Of a stretch of DNA of 64,000 bases, positions 60,525 to 64,000 are shown one piece after another. The stretch spans positions 3,065 through 67,064 of the forward strand of contig PAOZ01000019.1 in NCBI GenBank assembly GCA_002708695.1, given 5' to 3'. Numbering within the stretch: position 1 is the stretch's first letter; the number at the start of each line of letters is the position of its first letter. Source of the stretch: Methanobacteriota archaeon. GTDB taxonomy: Archaea > Thermoplasmatota > Poseidoniia > Poseidoniales > Thalassarchaeaceae. The notes below the pieces were generated by a model that had not been told where the DNA came from, ran no database searches, and worked only from the letters and a program-made list of their open reading frames with translations. The position numbers and the translations under genes were made by a program.

Positions 60525-62197
60525 AAAACCACCCCCCATGTCTCACGTACTTTAGCAGCTATCGCAACTGGATCATCCAATTTCTCAACAACAGAATCAG
60601 GAAGTAGCATAATTCCTCTATCATCTACAATGGCTCTTCCATTAATCAAAATTCTAGTTCCAAACAATTTTTCACTTATCTCTCTAACAAAATTCCCAGG
60701 GCCTTCTTCATTGATTCTACTTTGAATTGAGGCCATATCTTGATGCAGAAATTTCTCAGATGCTGCGCGTCCTACAACTACATTTGCACTAGCTAGTCCA
60801 TCATCAATGACAAAACGAAGTCGAAGATCTTCCACTCCCTCAACTACATCGTGTTCTGCACAAACCCCTTCTCTCAAAACACGACGACATTCTGGACAAC
60901 GTAAAACAATTCCACAATCATCTCGAACAACCAAAACCTCTCCTTCAGTTTGGATTCCATCTCTAGAACCACTATTCTTGAGTTCTCCAAGAGTTGTCTC
61001 AACTACATGTGATTCAGGGTCTATTTCTCCCCATGGGGATTGATCCAAAATTGTTACTTGTTTTGCATCATCTACTGTAATATCAGGAGTTCCTTGGAAG
61101 GCTCGAATTCGTGCTTCTTGAATAGAAACCACTTGACCTGGTTGAATTTCTATCGGAGACCATACAGTCATCTTACAACGTCCGGAAGGATCTAAAACGC
61201 GAACACTCGTAAGACTACGTTCCTCACCATCTCTCACAAAAGTTCGAGTTTCTATTGATTCAACTTGAACAGTGATATCAACTCCCCTCATACCATCTCG
61301 AATATCCTCGATTTTTGCACGATTATTTGATGATAATTCATCAGCATCAGGGAATGATGCGTCTCGAAATACCTCAATTTTTGTTCTATCACTAAAATTG
61401 ACTTCAGGTGTTTCTCGGAATCTCCTGATATTCGCGCCTTCAAAACGAAGTAGTGAACCAACTTCATGATTGAATTCACCCCAACAAAGGAAACTCATCT
61501 GACCTGAACTATCTGCTAATCGTCCTCGAACAACGTCGATGGTACCGCTACCATCTTTCTTTACAATCTGATCCGGACGAGCAGCAATCACCCTTGCTAC
61601 CAATGTAACAGGACCTTCCATTGATGCAGCAGTAGCCAAATCAACTGGTTCAGATGTAGGTATATTGACTGTATTTCCTTCCTGAAGAACTGCTACACGT
61701 GAACTCTGATTGATGTTTATTGAACGTTTACCATTCCACTCATTCACTGATACTCCTTCTAATCTAACTATTGAACCCGGAGATAAATTCGAACTATGAT
61801 TCCCCCAATCCTTGTAATCCCAGCGAGTACTCCCTTCATTTGAGAAAGGAAGGTCTTCTATCCATCCAAAGGCAATTTGCCGTTCCTCACCTCGAACCAT
61901 TTGTACTCTAGGAGTGTAACTCACTACCATGACCTCGATTGTTACATTACGATCATCAGAGCCTAATTCAGAGAATCTTTCTACTTTCTTCGAAGCTACC
62001 ATACTATCCATTCTAGATTGAATTGAAGTTTCAGAATCATTCTTCTGAAATCGCTTCACAATCGAACGTACTGCATCCTCAGGTTCAATCCTAAACTGTG
62101 TGTGATATTTTTCAAATTCTTCACGAATTGCATTCCTATCAGCATCAGGAACCTCGGTTAGAACCTGCTCAATGTATGTCTCATATTCATCTGTCAT
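60521..62197 (-). CDS. Replication protein A large subunit (multi-OB with Zn finger)
   Basis: OB repeats (LADSSG, VLDPSG, IDDG), CPECRR..C..H zinc finger. Confidence 0.9.
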   Translation of the reverse strand: MTDEYETYIEQVLTEVPDADRNAIREEFEKYHTQFRIEPEDAVRSIVKRFQKNDSETSIQSRMDSMVASKKVERFSELGSDDRNVTIEVMVVSYTPRVQMVRGEERQIAFGWIEDLPFSNEGSTRWDYKDWGNHSSNLSPGSIVRLEGVSVNEWNGKRSININQSSRVAVLQEGNTVNIPTSEPVDLATAASMEGPVTLVARVIAARPDQIVKKDGSGTIDVVRGRLADSSGQMSFLCWGEFNHEVGSLLRFEGANIRRFRETPEVNFSDRTKIEVFRDASFPDADELSSNNRAKIEDIRDGMRGVDITVQVESIETRTFVRDGEERSLTSVRVLDPSGRCKMTVWSPIEIQPGQVVSIQEARIRAFQGTPDITVDDAKQVTILDQSPWGEIDPESHVVETTLGELKNSGSRDGIQTEGEVLVVRDDCGIVLRCPECRRVLREGVCAEHDVVEGVEDLRLRFVIDDGLASANVVVGRAASEKFLHQDMASIQSRINEEGPGNFVREISEKLFGTRILINGRAIVDDRGIMLLPDSVVEKLDDPVAIAAKVRETWGVVL

Positions 62198-62203
62198 TTT
62201 TTC

Positions 62204-62224
62204 AGTCTCCACTGGAGGGGGGTA
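62204..62224. repeat. Copy 2 (inverted) of the repeat, in the rpa1 leader
   Basis: AGTCTCCACTGGAGGGGGGTA. Confidence 0.7.
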
Positions 62225-62232
62225 AAATCACG

Positions 62233-62301
62233 CTCCAGCAAACACCGAGTCACTCCAATATTAGGAGAAAGGAGAGATGACTCGGCGTAAGGATGCTGAA
62301 G
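62233..62301 (-). ncRNA. Candidate structured cis-regulatory RNA in the rpa1 5' leader
   Basis: Nested stems CTTCAGCA/TGCTGGAG, CGCCGAGTCA/TGACTCGGTG, CTCC/GGAG; plus-strand mismatches become G-U pairs on the minus strand. Confidence 0.45.
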
Positions 62302-62385
62302 TCTGGACACCACATCGCCTCCGGAGAACTAGGTGATTGGTGGCGGTTCTTGAATCATCCTAATGGGAATTCAACCGATGACATC

Positions 62386-63525
62386 ATGACGAATAGGGTA
62401 ATACGAAGGCCAATGAGGGAGCCTTTTCACTTCGAAGGATTTGATGTAGAACCGGGCACTCAAGCCCGAATTCCATTATCTGTCGGCCTAGATCCTCTTG
62501 GAAGAGATTTGTCGATACCGGTCCACATTCTACATGGTGAAGAAGATGGCCCAATCCTAACAATCACTTCAACAATTCATGGGGATGAACTCAATGGTGT
62601 AACCATAATTAGACACCTCCTTTACGGAATGGATTTGAAACCAGAAACAAGTGACGATTTGGTTAGAATTGAAAATTTAAGAGGAACTCTATTGATTGTG
62701 CCCGTATGTAATCCCGAAGCAGTAATTCTTGATACAAGGCGTTCAAGTGATGGAAGAGACCTCAATAGATGCTTTCCAGGGCTCCCAAATGGAACACATT
62801 CTGCAAGAATTGCACATGCATTGTTTGAGCGAGTTGTAATGAGAGGAGAATACCTAATCGATTTACATACAGCACCTGCTAGAAGAACTAACGCTCCACA
62901 TATTCGGGCAAATTGTGACCTTCAAGACTCTAAAGAATTAGCTAGAGCTTTTGGAACCCCGATTGTATTACATTCAATTGGCCCAGAGGGATCATTAAGA
63001 AGAACGGCCACAGGATTAGGTATTCATTCCATCCTATTGGAAGCAGGTACTGCAAATGTCTTCGAAGGAGGAGCAATTGCAGTAGGGGTTCAAGGAATCA
63101 TGAATGTAATGATACATTTAGGAATGATTGATGGAAATGTAAGGCGTCCTGAATGGAGACTCATTGTTCGAAAGTCTAGATGGATAAGATCACCAAGGGG
63201 AGGAATGTTACATCCAGCAATTGTTGCAGGAGAATTAGTAGATGAAGGGCAACCAATTGCTCATGTTACAAATCCTCTAAGTGGCGATGCGGAAGCAATT
63301 CTTAGTCCAATGGCAGGCGTAGCAGTCGGGTTAGCGACTTCACCGATTGTTCGAGAGGGTGATCCAGTAGCAAATATTGCATCTGTGCAAAAGAAAAAAA
63401 CACATCAGAAGATTCGAGCAGCACCTATGACTGAATGGACAATCAAAGATGTATCAGAAACACTAGAGGATATCTCTGATGACGAAGGTGGAGCATGTAT
63501 TGATGATACTCCAGAGGATGAATGA
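62386..63525 (+). CDS. Succinylglutamate desuccinylase/aspartoacylase (M14) family metallohydrolase
   Basis: IHGDELNG, DLNRCFPG, IDLHT, LEAG; start may instead be ATG 62413. Confidence 0.9.
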   Translation: MTNRVIRRPMREPFHFEGFDVEPGTQARIPLSVGLDPLGRDLSIPVHILHGEEDGPILTITSTIHGDELNGVTIIRHLLYGMDLKPETSDDLVRIENLRGTLLIVPVCNPEAVILDTRRSSDGRDLNRCFPGLPNGTHSARIAHALFERVVMRGEYLIDLHTAPARRTNAPHIRANCDLQDSKELARAFGTPIVLHSIGPEGSLRRTATGLGIHSILLEAGTANVFEGGAIAVGVQGIMNVMIHLGMIDGNVRRPEWRLIVRKSRWIRSPRGGMLHPAIVAGELVDEGQPIAHVTNPLSGDAEAILSPMAGVAVGLATSPIVREGDPVANIASVQKKKTHQKIRAAPMTEWTIKDVSETLEDISDDEGGACIDDTPEDE

Positions 63526-64000
63526 TGACTATTGGAGAATTATATTTTGGATATGGTTCAAATCTCAACGAAGATGATTGGAATTCTTCAGGCGATTTTT
63601 TACCATGGAAAGAGGCATTGCAAATCTACAATCAAGCATATTTGTTAGATCATATCCCTGTTTATCACTACTTTTCGAAAGGCAGAGGTGGTGGAGCACT
63701 GGATGTTCGACCACTTAAAGGAGGAACAGTAAATGGGATGTTGTTTCGACCTACTGTCGAAGGATGGAAAAATGTAGAAAAAAAGGAAGGGAGTCCAAAT
63801 TATTATTTTCCAAAAAAAATCATTGTTCAAACAATCACTGGAGAATTACTGGAAGCAATCACCTACATGGTAGTAGAGCATAGAAAGGAAGCAGAGTTTA
63901 TACAACCCAGTAAAAAATACCAAAAAATTGTGCACGAAGGAATGAGAAATCTCGAATTGAATCCAAGTGGACAAAATGGAGCAGCTGTAAATGATGAATC
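63522..64000 (+). CDS. Gamma-glutamylcyclotransferase (GGCT/AIG2-like), 3' partial; absent from the ORF track
   Basis: Manual translation MMTIGELYFGYGSNL..EKKEG..Y..PSKKY; ATGA overlap; open to the window end. Confidence 0.82.
   Translation, partial: MMTIGELYFGYGSNLNEDDWNSSGDFLPWKEALQIYNQAYLLDHIPVYHYFSKGRGGGALDVRPLKGGTVNGMLFRPTVEGWKNVEKKEGSPNYYFPKKIIVQTITGELLEAITYMVVEHRKEAEFIQPSKKYQKIVHEGMRNLELNPSGQNGAAVNDE

Noticed and set aside
59542-62224. Transposon terminal repeats or oriC around the RPA genes
   Set aside because: No transposase or target duplication; copies are 2.6 kb apart and enclose core genes, not a DUE
62225-62345. SRP RNA, RNase P RNA or tRNA
   Set aside because: Too short and lacks their signature motifs
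1-64000. CRISPR arrays, rRNA, IS elements, inteins
   Set aside because: No spaced repeats, no large non-coding block, no transposase; atpA and cdc6 have normal lengths (visual inspection only)

Overview
Gene-dense archaeal chromosomal segment of moderate to low GC. The gene set (gyrA, bacterial-type mutS/mutL, class II HMG-CoA reductase, acyltransferase, smc-scpA-scpB, A-type ATP synthase operon, two-gene RPA, L10e, S6e, aIF2-gamma, dph2, cdc6) suggests Thermoplasmatota, probably Marine Group II/III; this is inferred from gene content, not from a search. It is mostly housekeeping, with one tRNA-Ser(GCT) and no visible rRNA, CRISPR array, transposase or prophage. Main leads: (1) an 18-bp imperfect inverted repeat with a palindromic, ORB-like core (CTCCA-C/G-TGGAG) bracketing the RPA operon and preceding both rpa1 and a minimal Tad/type IV pilus operon, whose first gene resembles a phage tail-tube-type domain; rpa1 also has a structured leader; (2) aIF2-gamma has no ATG/GTG/TTG before its conserved N-terminus and appears to start at CTG; (3) a triple SAP-motif protein; (4) a KaiC-like trio flanked by pilins; (5) several apparent pseudoenzymes (HemC-like, site-2-protease-like, ExeA-like ATPase-wHTH); (6) a recurring TTCAWK box 29 nt before start codons; (7) an in-frame TAA in a polyprenyl synthase. 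All family calls are by-eye motif recognition.
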